Shown here piece by piece: positions 29,448-40,019 of a stretch of 64,000 nucleotides of DNA. Under the pieces are notes generated by a model. That model saw only the letters and a list, made by a program, of their open reading frames with translations. It did no database searches and was not told where the DNA came from. The stretch is from positions 24,791 through 88,790 of the forward strand of contig JBPOJQ010000006.1 in NCBI GenBank assembly GCA_052033375.1, in the 5' to 3' direction. Within the stretch, counting starts at the first letter, position 1; the number at the start of each line of letters is the position of its first letter. The translations under genes were made by a program, and so were the position numbers. This DNA comes from Candidatus Magasanikiibacteriota bacterium. GTDB lineage: Bacteria; Patescibacteriota; Patescibacteriia; Magasanikbacterales; UBA922.

Positions 29448-29852
29448 CGGCACCATCGTTCTCATGGTTGCGATTCCTGCAGTGCTCATGTGCACTCGCA
29501 ATTACGAGAAACCGAAGACCATCTCAAAGAAGGGACGAAAACCGTAGAGGAGGACTCGGACCAAGGCGAAAAAAAAGCGCGTAAACAACATGCTCGAAAC
29601 CGAGAATGCTCGTGCAGATCTCGATGAGGCAGGCTTCTGACCCCCCCACTACCCCCACAAGAGGAGTAGACCACACAGCTTTCTACGAAGAAGGGTATCC
29701 GCGGGGGAACAACAAAATACCAGTTGCATCCCCCACTGTTGGACCCGAATCATATCGGATCCAGCACAAGGAGAACTATGCAACTGGTATTTTTGTATCA
29801 CGATATTGTGTTGACAGCCAATGTGCCACCCCGGATCAAAAAGTCTCCTGAG

Positions 29853-30560
29853 TTACAATGCGATAAATGGACGAATGACAGTTCCCTTGAATTTCTTTCC
29901 TTGAATTGCCTTTGCAACTTCGCCCAGATCACTCCCGCGTACGATTGAAACAGTCATACCATATGTCTCCGCACTCCTACTCGCGATCGGATCAAATGGA
30001 GAATTTTTTCCCGGTTCCCACACATTCCCGACAATATCTCGACGGTACGTTTTCCAATCAATATTCTCTATTTTTTCCGCGTCAGAAAACTGATTTGGAT
30101 CTTTGGTGTACACATATTCAATATTGGAAATATTTACCAATTCACGTGCGCCGTATGTTCGCGCGAGCAATACTGCATCAGCATCCGTACTGCATCCGGG
30201 CTTCCATCCACAAGCAACAATAATTGATTTTGATGTTTTTACAGGCTTAGTCGGATCAAAAATGACTTCGCCATATGCGTGCTCTCCAAAAAAAAGACGA
30301 ACAAAGTTTGCATTAAGTCGTGTGGTTTCAATTCCAATCAAATCAAGTTGATGATGTTGTTCACCAATCATGGCCCTGAGACCTGCCTGATAGGTGCGAG
30401 CTGTCGTACCACCACCCACCACCAAAATAAATCGAATACCTTTTCTCGCTTCCCTAAGAATCAGGGCTTTGAATTTCTTGAGGAATTCGATATCGAATCC
30501 GGTCGAAGGGATGATAATCGATCCTCCAATGGAGAGAATTTTGGTTTGTCGTTTCGCCAT
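29853..30560 (-). CDS. pyrH: amino-acid kinase family protein, archaeal-type UMP kinase
   Basis: KILSIGGSII ... LVVGGG ... about 235 aa. The short N-terminus is typical of archaeal-type PyrH. Confidence 0.7.
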   Translation of the reverse strand: MAKRQTKILSIGGSIIIPSTGFDIEFLKKFKALILREARKGIRFILVVGGGTTARTYQAGLRAMIGEQHHQLDLIGIETTRLNANFVRLFFGEHAYGEVIFDPTKPVKTSKSIIVACGWKPGCSTDADAVLLARTYGARELVNISNIEYVYTKDPNQFSDAEKIENIDWKTYRRDIVGNVWEPGKNSPFDPIASRSAETYGMTVSIVRGSDLGEVAKAIQGKKFKGTVIRPFIAL

Positions 30561-30752
30561 ACACGTGAATAATTAAATTGACTAGCACGCACCTTGAAGC
30601 CGCTCGACGTGCGATACGCTGTCTTTCCTTTGCCTGCACGATTCGAACTATACTTTTTCATAATACCCTAACCACTAGACACATCACACATCTGTAATAT
30701 ACACATTTTGACTATATAAAGATATCAAAATGTAAAAATATTGCATAGATCT

Positions 30753-31097
30753 TTAGCTTCGACGGGACACCAGACTTGAAATAAGCCAACTCGAAACACT
30801 AAACAACAGCGCACCCCAAAACGCACCCCAAAACCCATCTACTTCGAATCCCTTGACAATTGAAGAGGCAAACCAAAACATGAGTGCATTGATGACGAGA
30901 GTGAACAAACCAAGAGTCAAAATATTTACAGGCAGGGTCAAAATAAGAATCAACGGACGGATAAGTGCATTCACAATACCCAATACAATAACAGTCACGA
31001 TGGCAGACCACCACCCACCAAGCCTAATCCCTTCGACAACATTTGAAATAAGTAGCAGTACACCTGCATTGAGTACAATTCGGAGCAGAAAAAGCAT
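30753..31097 (-). CDS. DUF360/phage-holin-4-like small membrane protein
   Basis: 114 aa, four TM helices, GG/W-rich. Resembles the YvlD/DUF360 family. Confidence 0.5.
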   Translation of the reverse strand: MLFLLRIVLNAGVLLLISNVVEGIRLGGWWSAIVTVIVLGIVNALIRPLILILTLPVNILTLGLFTLVINALMFWFASSIVKGFEVDGFWGAFWGALLFSVSSWLISSLVSRRS

Positions 31098-31222
31098 AAT
31101 TAAAACTGAATTTAATAACTAATAAAATTAGTATAGCACAGAAGAACAAACACGCAATATAAAAAAGTGGATATTTACAGAAAAAATGCGCTCAGGTACA
31201 CTAATCTAATAACTTCAAGCAT

Positions 31223-32605
31223 ATGACTGATCTCAAACTATACAATACATTGACCAGAACAATTGAAACTTTCAAACCTATTACAGATAAAAAGGTCGGT
31301 CTCTATACCTGCGGACCTACTGTCTATCACTATGCGCATATAGGAAACTTACGAACCTATATTTTCGAAGATATTTTGAAAAGAACATTAATGACTCAAG
31401 GGTATACCGTACAGCATGTCATGAACATCACCGATGTTGGTCATTTATCAGGTGATGATGATACAGGGGAAGATAAGATGGAAAAGGGGGCAAAACGTGA
31501 AGGAAAAACCGCATGGGAAATTGCTGAATTTTATACCAAAGCATTTACCAAAAACATCGAGGAGTTAGGGATTCTACCTCCAGACATATGGTGCAAGGCC
31601 ACTGACCATATTGAGGATCAAATCGCGCAAGTACAGATTCTGATTGATAAAGGTTTTACCTACGAAACCAGTGATGGTATTTATTTTGATACAACCAAAT
31701 TTCCACGATACGGAGAAATGGCACTACTCCACAAACAAGAGTTGCAAGCAGGGGCACGCATAGATTTGGGTGAGAAAAAAAATACACACGATTTTGCGCT
31801 ATGGAAATTTTCGACACCCACCGAAAAAAGACAAATGGAATGGAAAGCATTCGGTAGAATGGGATTCCCTGGGTGGCATATCGAATGCTCTGCTATGAGC
31901 ATGAAATATCTCGGAAATCATTTTGATATCCACTGTGGTGGTATTGATCATATTCCCGTTCATCACACCAATGAAATCGCGCAAGCAGAATGTGCAGGAG
32001 CAAATCATCCCTGGGTAAATTATTGGCTCCATAGTGAATTTCTACTGATCGATGCAGGAAAAATGTCAAAATCAGATGACAATTTTATCACACTCGATAC
32101 CGTGACACAGAAGGGCTATTCCCCACTCGCCTACCGATACTTCCTACTCCAAGCACATTACCGGAAACAACTTAATTTTACATGGGAAGCGCTCGACGCG
32201 GCGGAAAAAGGTTTGGAAAATCTCTATCGCACGATTGAGTCACTCGGAGACATGGTCGGAGAATCAGATGAAAAATACATATCAAAATTCAGCGAACACC
32301 TAGCTGAAGATTTGAATACACCCCAAGCAATAGCAGTACTCCACGAAATGCTAAAGTCTGGCTTACCAAAAGAAATAAAACTCGCCACAGTGTATGAATT
32401 CGACAAAATTCTCGGACTAGGCCTCAATAATATTCAAAAAAATGAAGTGGAAATCCCCAAAACAGTCCAAAAATTACTAGAAGAACGTGAAGTAGCGCGC
32501 AGAGAAAAAGACTGGACAAAAAGTGATACATTGCGCAAAGAAATCAATGCACATGGATTCGAAGTCAAGGATACGGAAAATGGGCAAGAAGTGACTTCTA
32601 TCTAA
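31223..32605 (+). CDS. cysS: cysteinyl-tRNA synthetase
   Basis: CGPTVYHYAHIGN (HIGH) ... KMSKS. Zinc-binding C in LYTC. Length is 460 aa. Confidence 0.95.
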   Translation: MTDLKLYNTLTRTIETFKPITDKKVGLYTCGPTVYHYAHIGNLRTYIFEDILKRTLMTQGYTVQHVMNITDVGHLSGDDDTGEDKMEKGAKREGKTAWEIAEFYTKAFTKNIEELGILPPDIWCKATDHIEDQIAQVQILIDKGFTYETSDGIYFDTTKFPRYGEMALLHKQELQAGARIDLGEKKNTHDFALWKFSTPTEKRQMEWKAFGRMGFPGWHIECSAMSMKYLGNHFDIHCGGIDHIPVHHTNEIAQAECAGANHPWVNYWLHSEFLLIDAGKMSKSDDNFITLDTVTQKGYSPLAYRYFLLQAHYRKQLNFTWEALDAAEKGLENLYRTIESLGDMVGESDEKYISKFSEHLAEDLNTPQAIAVLHEMLKSGLPKEIKLATVYEFDKILGLGLNNIQKNEVEIPKTVQKLLEEREVARREKDWTKSDTLRKEINAHGFEVKDTENGQEVTSI

Positions 32606-32703
32606 AAATCTATTGTGTAATAAGACTGTAACAACAATTTTTGTAGCTAAACATTTTATTTTTTGCTATACTATAAAGCGCTAGATATTTCTGCGCTTTT
32701 TTC

Positions 32704-33285
32704 TTGTCATGTATGGCATTACGCGACAGTCGCGACCCAAAAAAACTCATTGAACAAATCGGAGGTGGTCCCACTGAAAATAATTCATTCCACATCAACA
32801 AAGAAATCCCCACACCGGATGTTTCTTTGGGCACCCCACCAGCACGTGAAAGTGAAAAAAAATATGAAATACAGGAGAAAAAACCAGATACCCCCTCTGC
32901 TGAAGAACCAATAGAACATATTGAATCTTCAATAAAAACACTTACCAACAAATTACGAATGGGTAAAAAAAAGAAGACCATTATCCCCACAACCAAAGAT
33001 GAATTTACACTACGAGTAGAAAAAATAATGGAAGAAGGTTTGGGTGATGCTTATCGTGAACTCACGACTGTACAACGCGAAGAGTTCAAAATAAAAGGAG
33101 AAGAGACTGCATGGAAAATCCGCGAACTATTCAAAAAAACGCATATCAAAGTAAAAGAAATTTTTAGATTACTCGTAGAATGGTTGCGTCTACTCCCTGG
33201 AGTAAATAAATTTTTTATTGAACAAGAGGCAAAAATCAAGGCAGACAAAATCCTCACGCTCAAAAAACATCAAAATTTTGAATAA
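32704..33285 (+). CDS. hypothetical protein
   Basis: 193 aa, charged, no motif recognised. Confidence 0.4.
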   Translation: MSCMALRDSRDPKKLIEQIGGGPTENNSFHINKEIPTPDVSLGTPPARESEKKYEIQEKKPDTPSAEEPIEHIESSIKTLTNKLRMGKKKKTIIPTTKDEFTLRVEKIMEEGLGDAYRELTTVQREEFKIKGEETAWKIRELFKKTHIKVKEIFRLLVEWLRLLPGVNKFFIEQEAKIKADKILTLKKHQNFE

Positions 33286-33286
33286 T

Positions 33287-35863
33287 ATGCTGCCCTTCCT
33301 ACAATTCACGGCAGGTTTTCCGGAAACAGAAAATTTTATCGCACCAACGATTGCACTGCCTACTTTTGCAATTACCCTAACCGTCGTGGTTCTCGTATCG
33401 ACTGTCGCGACCATATATATCATCCGCAGTGTTCTTCACTCTCTCTACAAAGTACAAAAAGCATTCGATCGAGTAGTGCTACATATTCTTGTGCCAAAAG
33501 AACGAAAATCAGAAGGATCATCAAACGGGATGCAAGAAGACCGTTTGGAGCATGTAAAGGAAGAAATCGGAATCACAGAAACATTCTTCTCGACTATTGG
33601 AGGACTGAAACCAGAGCATGGGATCAAAACATGGTTTACCGGACGAAACGATCATATTTCGTTTGAATTAGTTGTTCATAATAATTTAATTAATTTTTAT
33701 ATTGGTGTTCCTCAAAAATTAAAGGGATTTGTCGAACAACAAATCAATGCGCAGTACCCATACGCTCATATTGAAGAAATCACTGATTATAATATTTTTA
33801 GCGAACACAGCTCGATTGTAGGTGCATATCTCAAAGGAAAGGCAGTCGGTGCTCTACCCTTTAAAACATACAAAAAAATGGATTCAGATCCCCTATCAGG
33901 AATTCTGAATACGCTTGCAAGAATACACGAGACAAACTCATCAGCAGCAATACAATTTGTCGTGCGAGTAGCAGATAAAAAATGGCGCAAAGAAGGTGTG
34001 CACATCGTGCGAGAAGTACGCAAAGGCAAGCCATTCGAAGACGTCATCCATGGAAAAAGTAAACTAGGCGGACTCATCACAGCTTTCAGTAGCGAGGCAA
34101 AAAGACAGATGATTGACTCAAAAGAAAGTATCAGAGAGAAAGAAAATTACCAGCTCTCAGCACTCGAGGAAGAAATGATGAAAGGTATCGAAGAAAAATT
34201 AGTAAAAGGTGGATTGGAAATCACTATTCGTGTCGTATCCTCTTCGGATAATCCAGAACTCGCCGGTCTCAATCTCGATAATATCGTCAATTCCTTTGCA
34301 CCATACAATCTCTATCGATACGGAAACTCGCTTGGAGCAATCATCCCAAAAAATCCCCAAAGTATTATTCGATCATTTATCTACCGATCATTTCATGAAA
34401 AACGTGCAACTATTGTAAACACCGAGGAAATGGCGGGATTCTGGCATCTTCCACTCCACTCGACCGAGGCACCCAATATCAAATGGCTCCTTGCACGCAA
34501 AGCTCCACCTCCACCAAACCTCCCTCACACAGGAATCGACCTCGGTCGTGTGCTGTATCGTGGTCAAGAATATCCCGTAAAGATGAAAGATGAGGATCGG
34601 AGACGACATCTCTATGTCATTGGTAAGTCAGGAAGTGGAAAATCAGTATTTATCGAAAACCTTGCAGTGCAAGATGTACTGAATGGCAAAGGTCTTGCAG
34701 TCATAGACCCTCATGGAGATTTTGCAGAATACGTACTCGAACATATACCCAAAGAACGTGCCGATGACGTGGTTATATTCAATCCATCAGATTTCGAACG
34801 TCCTATCGGATTGAACATGCTTGAGGCAAAGACAGAAGATGAGAAAGATTTTGTTGTGCAAGAGATGATAGCTATTTTCTACAAACTTTTTCCTCCCGAA
34901 ATGATTGGTCCGATGTTTGAGCATAACATGAGAAATGTGATGTTGACTCTCATGGCTGATTTGGAAAATCCAGGAACAATTATCGACATTCCCCGCATGT
35001 TTACCGATGACGCATATGTAAAAAAATATTTGGTAAAACTCAAAGACCCCGTAGTACGCGCATTCTGGGAAAAAGAAATGGCAAAAACAAGTGACTTCCA
35101 TAAATCAGAAATGCTCGGATATCTGATTTCAAAAGTGGGACGATTCGTCGAAAATGAAATGATGCGCAATATCATGGGACAACAGAAATCAGGATTTGAT
35201 TTCAGAGATATCATGGATAAGCAAAAAATTCTGATTGTAAATCTTGCCAAAGGAAAAACAGGAGAAGTAAATGCAAAATTAATCGGTCTGATTATCGTAG
35301 CAAAACTCCAAATGGCAGCACTCGGTCGTGCAGATCTACCAGAAGAAGAGCGCAAAGATTTTTATCTCTATATCGACGAGTTCCAAAACTTTATCACAGA
35401 CTCAATTGCAACTATTCTCTCAGAAGCCCGCAAATACCGCCTAGATCTGATTATCGCCCATCAATATCTTGGTCAATTGACAGATGAAAAAGGACGATCC
35501 GATATCAAAGACGCGGTACTCGGAAATGCAGGGACAATGGCAGCGTTCCGTATTGGGCCAGAAGATGCCGAATTACTTGCAAAGGAATTCTCCCCCGTGT
35601 TTGGTCCATACGACCTTATGAACGTGGAAAAATTCACTGCCAATATCAAACTTTTGATTGATAATGAGCCTACCAAACCATTCAACATGTCGACCTACCC
35701 ACCCACACGAGGAAGCAAGGAGTTGGGTAATGCGATTCGTGAACTTTCCCGCTTGAAATATGGACGTGACCGACGTATTGTAGAATCGGAAATCATGGAA
35801 CGAACAAGACTCGGTGAAAGCAGTGAAAATAGCAAAACAGACATGATCGAAGCAAGCCTCTAA
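33287..35863 (+). CDS. membrane-anchored P-loop ATPase of the TraG/VirD4/HerA-like (T4SS-DNA_transf / DUF87-type) superfamily
   Basis: N-terminal TM. Walker A VIGKSGSGKSV. Walker B LYIDEFQNF, followed by IIAHQYLGQL. The N-terminal about 170 aa is homologous to the protein at 58238-59656 (AQYPYAHIEEITDY versus AQYPDAEITEVEDY). Confidence 0.55.
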   Translation: MLPFLQFTAGFPETENFIAPTIALPTFAITLTVVVLVSTVATIYIIRSVLHSLYKVQKAFDRVVLHILVPKERKSEGSSNGMQEDRLEHVKEEIGITETFFSTIGGLKPEHGIKTWFTGRNDHISFELVVHNNLINFYIGVPQKLKGFVEQQINAQYPYAHIEEITDYNIFSEHSSIVGAYLKGKAVGALPFKTYKKMDSDPLSGILNTLARIHETNSSAAIQFVVRVADKKWRKEGVHIVREVRKGKPFEDVIHGKSKLGGLITAFSSEAKRQMIDSKESIREKENYQLSALEEEMMKGIEEKLVKGGLEITIRVVSSSDNPELAGLNLDNIVNSFAPYNLYRYGNSLGAIIPKNPQSIIRSFIYRSFHEKRATIVNTEEMAGFWHLPLHSTEAPNIKWLLARKAPPPPNLPHTGIDLGRVLYRGQEYPVKMKDEDRRRHLYVIGKSGSGKSVFIENLAVQDVLNGKGLAVIDPHGDFAEYVLEHIPKERADDVVIFNPSDFERPIGLNMLEAKTEDEKDFVVQEMIAIFYKLFPPEMIGPMFEHNMRNVMLTLMADLENPGTIIDIPRMFTDDAYVKKYLVKLKDPVVRAFWEKEMAKTSDFHKSEMLGYLISKVGRFVENEMMRNIMGQQKSGFDFRDIMDKQKILIVNLAKGKTGEVNAKLIGLIIVAKLQMAALGRADLPEEERKDFYLYIDEFQNFITDSIATILSEARKYRLDLIIAHQYLGQLTDEKGRSDIKDAVLGNAGTMAAFRIGPEDAELLAKEFSPVFGPYDLMNVEKFTANIKLLIDNEPTKPFNMSTYPPTRGSKELGNAIRELSRLKYGRDRRIVESEIMERTRLGESSENSKTDMIEASL

Positions 35864-36064
35864 AAATAAAAGGTAAAAAGCCTGCCCGCATCGCTACGCG
35901 AAACGTTGCAGACGGGGCAAAAGTAAAAAGAAAATCGAAGCGTTCCTCCCCTTTTAGGGGAGGACAGGTGGGGTTGAAGGTCGAAGAAACAAAGTTTGCT
36001 CACTACAATTCAAGTAGATCCTGATAACAAAAATTAACCAACAAATAAACTTAACACAAACCCT

Positions 36065-36766
36065 ATGGACCACATCTCAAATTATCTCGATTTCTCACTC
36101 GCAGGAATTGACCCACCACACAACAAAGGAACAACACTACCTACGTTTTCTGATCTTCCACTTGATACTTCACCAAATACATCTGACGAGAAGAACAATC
36201 CGGCACATAGTACAGAAGTTACCAGTGTGCAGCCAATAGACACCATCTCAGAGGTCAAAAAACGCCTCTACACACTAAAAGATGAGTTATCCTCTCTCAT
36301 ACGTCTTCTCGAAGGAAATACTGAAAAAACTGAAATACCAAAGCCATTCCGATCATCTGTTGTGGAAACTGTCCATACACTATCCCCCAATGGGGAGCAA
36401 ATTATCGAAGGTGTGTTTAATGGCGAAAAAATGGTGGGTCCTGATGGACACGAGTATGCTGTTCCACCAAATTATGCGAGCAAATCAAGGCTGGTCGAGG
36501 GTGATCACATGAAGCTGACAATTACCTTGTATGGAAAATTCATTTACAAGCAAATCGGACCAATAGAGAGAAAACGTATCATCGGTGTACTACAATTCGA
36601 TGAGACCACCCAGCTCTGGAGCGTAGTCCATGAAGGAAATACCTACAAAATTCTCACTGCCTCCGCAACCTTCTATCGAGGGAAGCCCGGAGATCATGTC
36701 GTAATCCTCGTTCCGAAAGATGCTAAGAGTTCGTGGGGGGCGGTAGAGAATATTATTGCTTCATAA
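36065..36766 (+). CDS. hypothetical protein
   Basis: 233 aa. No motif recognised. Confidence 0.4.
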   Translation: MDHISNYLDFSLAGIDPPHNKGTTLPTFSDLPLDTSPNTSDEKNNPAHSTEVTSVQPIDTISEVKKRLYTLKDELSSLIRLLEGNTEKTEIPKPFRSSVVETVHTLSPNGEQIIEGVFNGEKMVGPDGHEYAVPPNYASKSRLVEGDHMKLTITLYGKFIYKQIGPIERKRIIGVLQFDETTQLWSVVHEGNTYKILTASATFYRGKPGDHVVILVPKDAKSSWGAVENIIAS

Positions 36767-36821
36767 AAGCTTAAAATGTTTTAGCATTTCAAGCATTTTC
36801 GGCATTTTAAGCCTTCTTCAA

Positions 36822-36851
36822 AAAAACAAAACCCCGGCACTAGCCGGGGTT
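36822..36851. terminator. bidirectional intrinsic terminator (AACCCCGGC-acta-GCCGGGGTT)
   Basis: T-run on the minus strand serves the SWIB gene. A-run on the plus side. Confidence 0.55.
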
Positions 36852-36876
36852 TAAAATACTTCGATAAAACCGAGCC

Positions 36877-37140
36877 TTAGGCAGCGGTCAAATGGTTGTT
36901 TACGAGTTTAGCCATTTCAAACATGGTCACCTCACTCTTGCCACCAAAGATTGCTTTAAGCTTATCATCTGCAAGAATGTTTCGTTTGTTCTTTGGATTC
37001 TGAAGATCATTCTTCTTGATATATTCCCACATTTTCTTTACTACCTGTGAGCGAGGCATAGGACCTGCTCCTACTACTGCTGCGAGCTCAGTTGAAACCT
37101 TGTATGGTCTCATGAGCGCTGGATTTGCTTTGCGTGGCAT
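36877..37140 (-). CDS. SWIB/MDM2 domain protein
   Basis: VSTELAAVVGAGPMPRSQVVKKMWEYIKKNDLQNPKNKRNI is a typical bacterial SWIB domain. Confidence 0.85.
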   Translation of the reverse strand: MPRKANPALMRPYKVSTELAAVVGAGPMPRSQVVKKMWEYIKKNDLQNPKNKRNILADDKLKAIFGGKSEVTMFEMAKLVNNHLTAA

Positions 37141-37311
37141 AGAGATATGATTAAATTATTAAAATGTACCATGCGAGATTAGTATAGCATTGACCGTTCC
37201 CCCTCGCAAGAGGGTACCCCCCTTCTCCATTTGAAACACCACAGAATCTAGGATATACTAGTGTCTACGCTGATAGATAAAAACATATACTAACATCCTA
37301 CAAAATCACCT

Positions 37312-38895
37312 ATGGCACTCTACCACAAACACCGACCGCAGACCTTTGATACTATTATTCATCAGGAACACATCACGACCACTCTGAAGAATGAAATCAC
37401 CGGAGGCATGGTAGCTCACGCATATCTTTTTTCTGGTCCGCATGGCGTAGGAAAGACAACAACTGCCCGTATTTTAGCGAAATCTTTGAACTGTAAAAAT
37501 CGAAAGTCTGATGAGCCAAATCCATGTGATCAGTGCGACTCATGCAAAGACATCTCGAATGCGCGATCAATTGATGTCATAGAAATTGACGCAGCCAGTC
37601 AGACAGGTGTCGATAATGTGCGAGAAAATATTATTGAAAATGCACAATTCAAACCTACACTTGGAAAATACAAAATTTTCATCGTAGATGAGGTGCACAT
37701 GTTGTCCACAGCTGCATTTAATGCACTCCTAAAAACACTTGAGGAGCCACCAGAACATGTCGTATTCATTCTTGCAACGACTGATGCACAAAAACTTCCA
37801 GCAACAGTAGTATCACGATGTCAGAGATTCACGTTCTCACGAATTCCTGATGAAACCACCAAAAAACATCTTCAATCAATCGCGAAAGAGGAAGGGGTAA
37901 CTATTGATGAGGTCGTGCTTGATGCAATTGTACGCAAAGCTCGTGGAGGCGCACGCGATGCAGTGAGCCTGCTCGATCAATTAATCGCAACCGGGGAAAA
38001 GCATCTTACGGCACAGGCAGCTTCACATATCATGCCAACTACATCAAATGAATCCCAAATCAGGTTTCTCTCACATCTAATCGAAAAAAATGCTATCGCA
38101 ACACTCGGTGACATTGAAATATTGAGTGAACAAGGAACACATCCGTATTTTTTCATGGAAGAAATCGTACAAATGCTCAGATTACTCCTAATCACATCGA
38201 TTGATGAAAAATTGGCAAAAAAAGAATCGTATCTTCCAGAAAGTGATATAGCAACATTACAATCACTCACCACACACATATCAAAACGCGATATCGTACG
38301 CCTGACAGACAGAACAATCGCTCGAATGCAGGAAGTGAAATCATCACTCCTCCCCTACCTCCCCCTTGAGCTTCTTGCTGTCGAGTGGTCTGCAGACGAA
38401 GAAGATGTCACTCCTCCTCCCAGCCGCCCTGTGGCAACGGCGCCCGCTGTAGTGGTGCCAAAACAACAACCCACTACTCCACAATCCCAGACATCAGTAT
38501 CGTCGCCCACAAGCAGAGAAGAGAAAAAGAGTGATATACCTCACACAGACAATCTGCCTCCTGCACCAGCAGACGCTGATTTATCCCAAGTAAAGAAAGC
38601 GTGGAATTCGCTCATCACTGAAATCGAAAAAACTACGCCATCGCTTATATTCATACTCAAAAACGCGATATTACTCTCATCAACACACGGAGTACTCAAA
38701 TTGAAGGTCGCCTATAGTTTTCATCAAGATAAAATCATGCAGGTAGCCACCCGAAAAAAAATAGAAGACCATCTCGCAACCATACTCGGATTCAGATTGT
38801 CACTCGAAGTAGAAATAGATGAAATGATGCAACAAAAAAATGCAGCCTCAGATCTCAATGATCTCGCGACAGCATTGGGCGGTAGTATTATTTAA
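37312..38895 (+). CDS. dnaX: DNA polymerase III subunit gamma/tau
   Basis: YLFSGPHGVGKTTTARILAKSLNC ... zinc module CDQCDSC ... sensor motifs. Length is 527 aa. Confidence 0.9.
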   Translation: MALYHKHRPQTFDTIIHQEHITTTLKNEITGGMVAHAYLFSGPHGVGKTTTARILAKSLNCKNRKSDEPNPCDQCDSCKDISNARSIDVIEIDAASQTGVDNVRENIIENAQFKPTLGKYKIFIVDEVHMLSTAAFNALLKTLEEPPEHVVFILATTDAQKLPATVVSRCQRFTFSRIPDETTKKHLQSIAKEEGVTIDEVVLDAIVRKARGGARDAVSLLDQLIATGEKHLTAQAASHIMPTTSNESQIRFLSHLIEKNAIATLGDIEILSEQGTHPYFFMEEIVQMLRLLLITSIDEKLAKKESYLPESDIATLQSLTTHISKRDIVRLTDRTIARMQEVKSSLLPYLPLELLAVEWSADEEDVTPPPSRPVATAPAVVVPKQQPTTPQSQTSVSSPTSREEKKSDIPHTDNLPPAPADADLSQVKKAWNSLITEIEKTTPSLIFILKNAILLSSTHGVLKLKVAYSFHQDKIMQVATRKKIEDHLATILGFRLSLEVEIDEMMQQKNAASDLNDLATALGGSII

Positions 38896-38980
38896 AAAAT
38901 TCAAAACTAATATCAGGTTATTGAGTGATAAAAAAAAGACTCCTCCAATTCGGAAGAGTCTTTTAGTATATACAATCGTA

Positions 38981-39523
38981 TTATTGAGCGTATATCTTAT
39001 CTCCACAATACGTTCCAGTAAAGCTTCCGGAAATCGTCAATTCTTTTCCAGTATACACACCAGTATCTGGAGTGAAGGTGGTCTCGTCAACACAGATCGT
39101 CATCTCTTCGCCTACCCCCGCTGGTTGCTTGCTAACCTTGGTCTGTACACCAAACCAGGTATATGCATCAGTATTCAAACCTTGTGCATCTCGAGCAAAA
39201 GCTCCGATTTTCTGTTCACCCGGCTTTGACTGATAACCAAAATCCAATGCATCTTCACAGGTGACCTGGTCATGATTATACAAATCTACTTCCTCGGTGC
39301 GATATTCTTTATTTACCAGCGTATACGCGACACCATGAGTCAAATTAGTAACTTCTTCTCCATCGACAACCACTTTGAGCGGTCCACACTTTGAACCTTT
39401 TGCGGAGGTTTCTGCGCCTGTGTTGGAACTAATATCACCCGACGAAGACGATGGTGAACATCCTGCCCCCACGAGAGTGAGTGCCAAGGCGCCCAAGAGA
39501 AGTCTGTATCCGATACTGTGCAT
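38981..39523 (-). CDS. hypothetical lipoprotein
   Basis: Lipobox LVGAGCS after a signal peptide. Length is 180 aa. Confidence 0.5.
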   Translation of the reverse strand: MHSIGYRLLLGALALTLVGAGCSPSSSSGDISSNTGAETSAKGSKCGPLKVVVDGEEVTNLTHGVAYTLVNKEYRTEEVDLYNHDQVTCEDALDFGYQSKPGEQKIGAFARDAQGLNTDAYTWFGVQTKVSKQPAGVGEEMTICVDETTFTPDTGVYTGKELTISGSFTGTYCGDKIYAQ

Positions 39524-39601
39524 AGAATACTAAAGATTAAAAAATAAAACTACATAAAAGTATAAAAGATTGTGGCACAGTACGCAAGAGTGGAAAAAAT
39601 A

Positions 39602-39928
39602 TTACCGCAATTCGATCGGATATCCATTCTCTCTCCACATACGCATACCTCCGACAACATTGCATACATTCGTAAGTCCTGCGATTTCGAGCTGTGTTGT
39701 GGCAAGCAGGCTTCTTCCACCGGATTGGCAAATGAGATATACCCGATCATAGGAAACCAGACGATCTTTTTCTTGTATAATCTGATCCAGAGGAATATTC
39801 AGTGCACCCTTGATTTTGCCACTCCTAATTTCAAAAGGCATCCGCACATCGACAATAATCCGACGCGGGTCATCATGTTCGAGCAATGAGTGTAGCTCCT
39901 GTACGGTGATTTCTTGTGGCATAAGCAT
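39602..39928 (-). CDS. rhodanese-like domain protein
   Basis: Active-site loop CQSGGRS. Length is 108 aa. Confidence 0.85.
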   Translation of the reverse strand: MLMPQEITVQELHSLLEHDDPRRIIVDVRMPFEIRSGKIKGALNIPLDQIIQEKDRLVSYDRVYLICQSGGRSLLATTQLEIAGLTNVCNVVGGMRMWRENGYPIELR

Positions 39929-39962
39929 AAATAGATAGACACGTCTGCTGAATAATAAAATC

Positions 39963-39990
39963 TTGACTTTTATTGTATTTTTGGTAAAAT
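39963..39990 (+). promoter_or_regulatory. sigma70-like promoter of tRNA-Gln (TTGACT-16-TAAAAT)
   Basis: Seen in the sequence about 30 nt upstream of the tRNA. Confidence 0.45.
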
Positions 39991-40019
39991 TTTCTAGTCA
40001 AATATATCATACCACATAT

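Noticed and set aside
12780-29560. Shared purine-rich string AGAGGAGGA..CGGAC..GGCGA between the suf insert (12780-12810) and the 29530-29560 region as evidence of a common repeat
   Set aside because: The match is short, gapped and in low-complexity purine-rich sequence. It is likely chance.
20232-29800. Specific assignment of the three GC-rich non-coding loci to RNase P RNA, tmRNA, SRP RNA or 6S RNA
   Set aside because: I searched both strands by eye for the universal RNase P P4 strand GGAAAGUCC and ACAGAA..GGCUUA. I searched for tmRNA 5' GGGG...GGAUUCGAC plus a 3' T-arm/CCA. I searched for the SRP GGUCC-GGAA-GGAAGCAGCC core. Only partial look-alikes were found (GUAAACC, GUCCGGAAGGA, AGGGAAAAAAC). 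Class is left unassigned pending an Rfam/Infernal scan.
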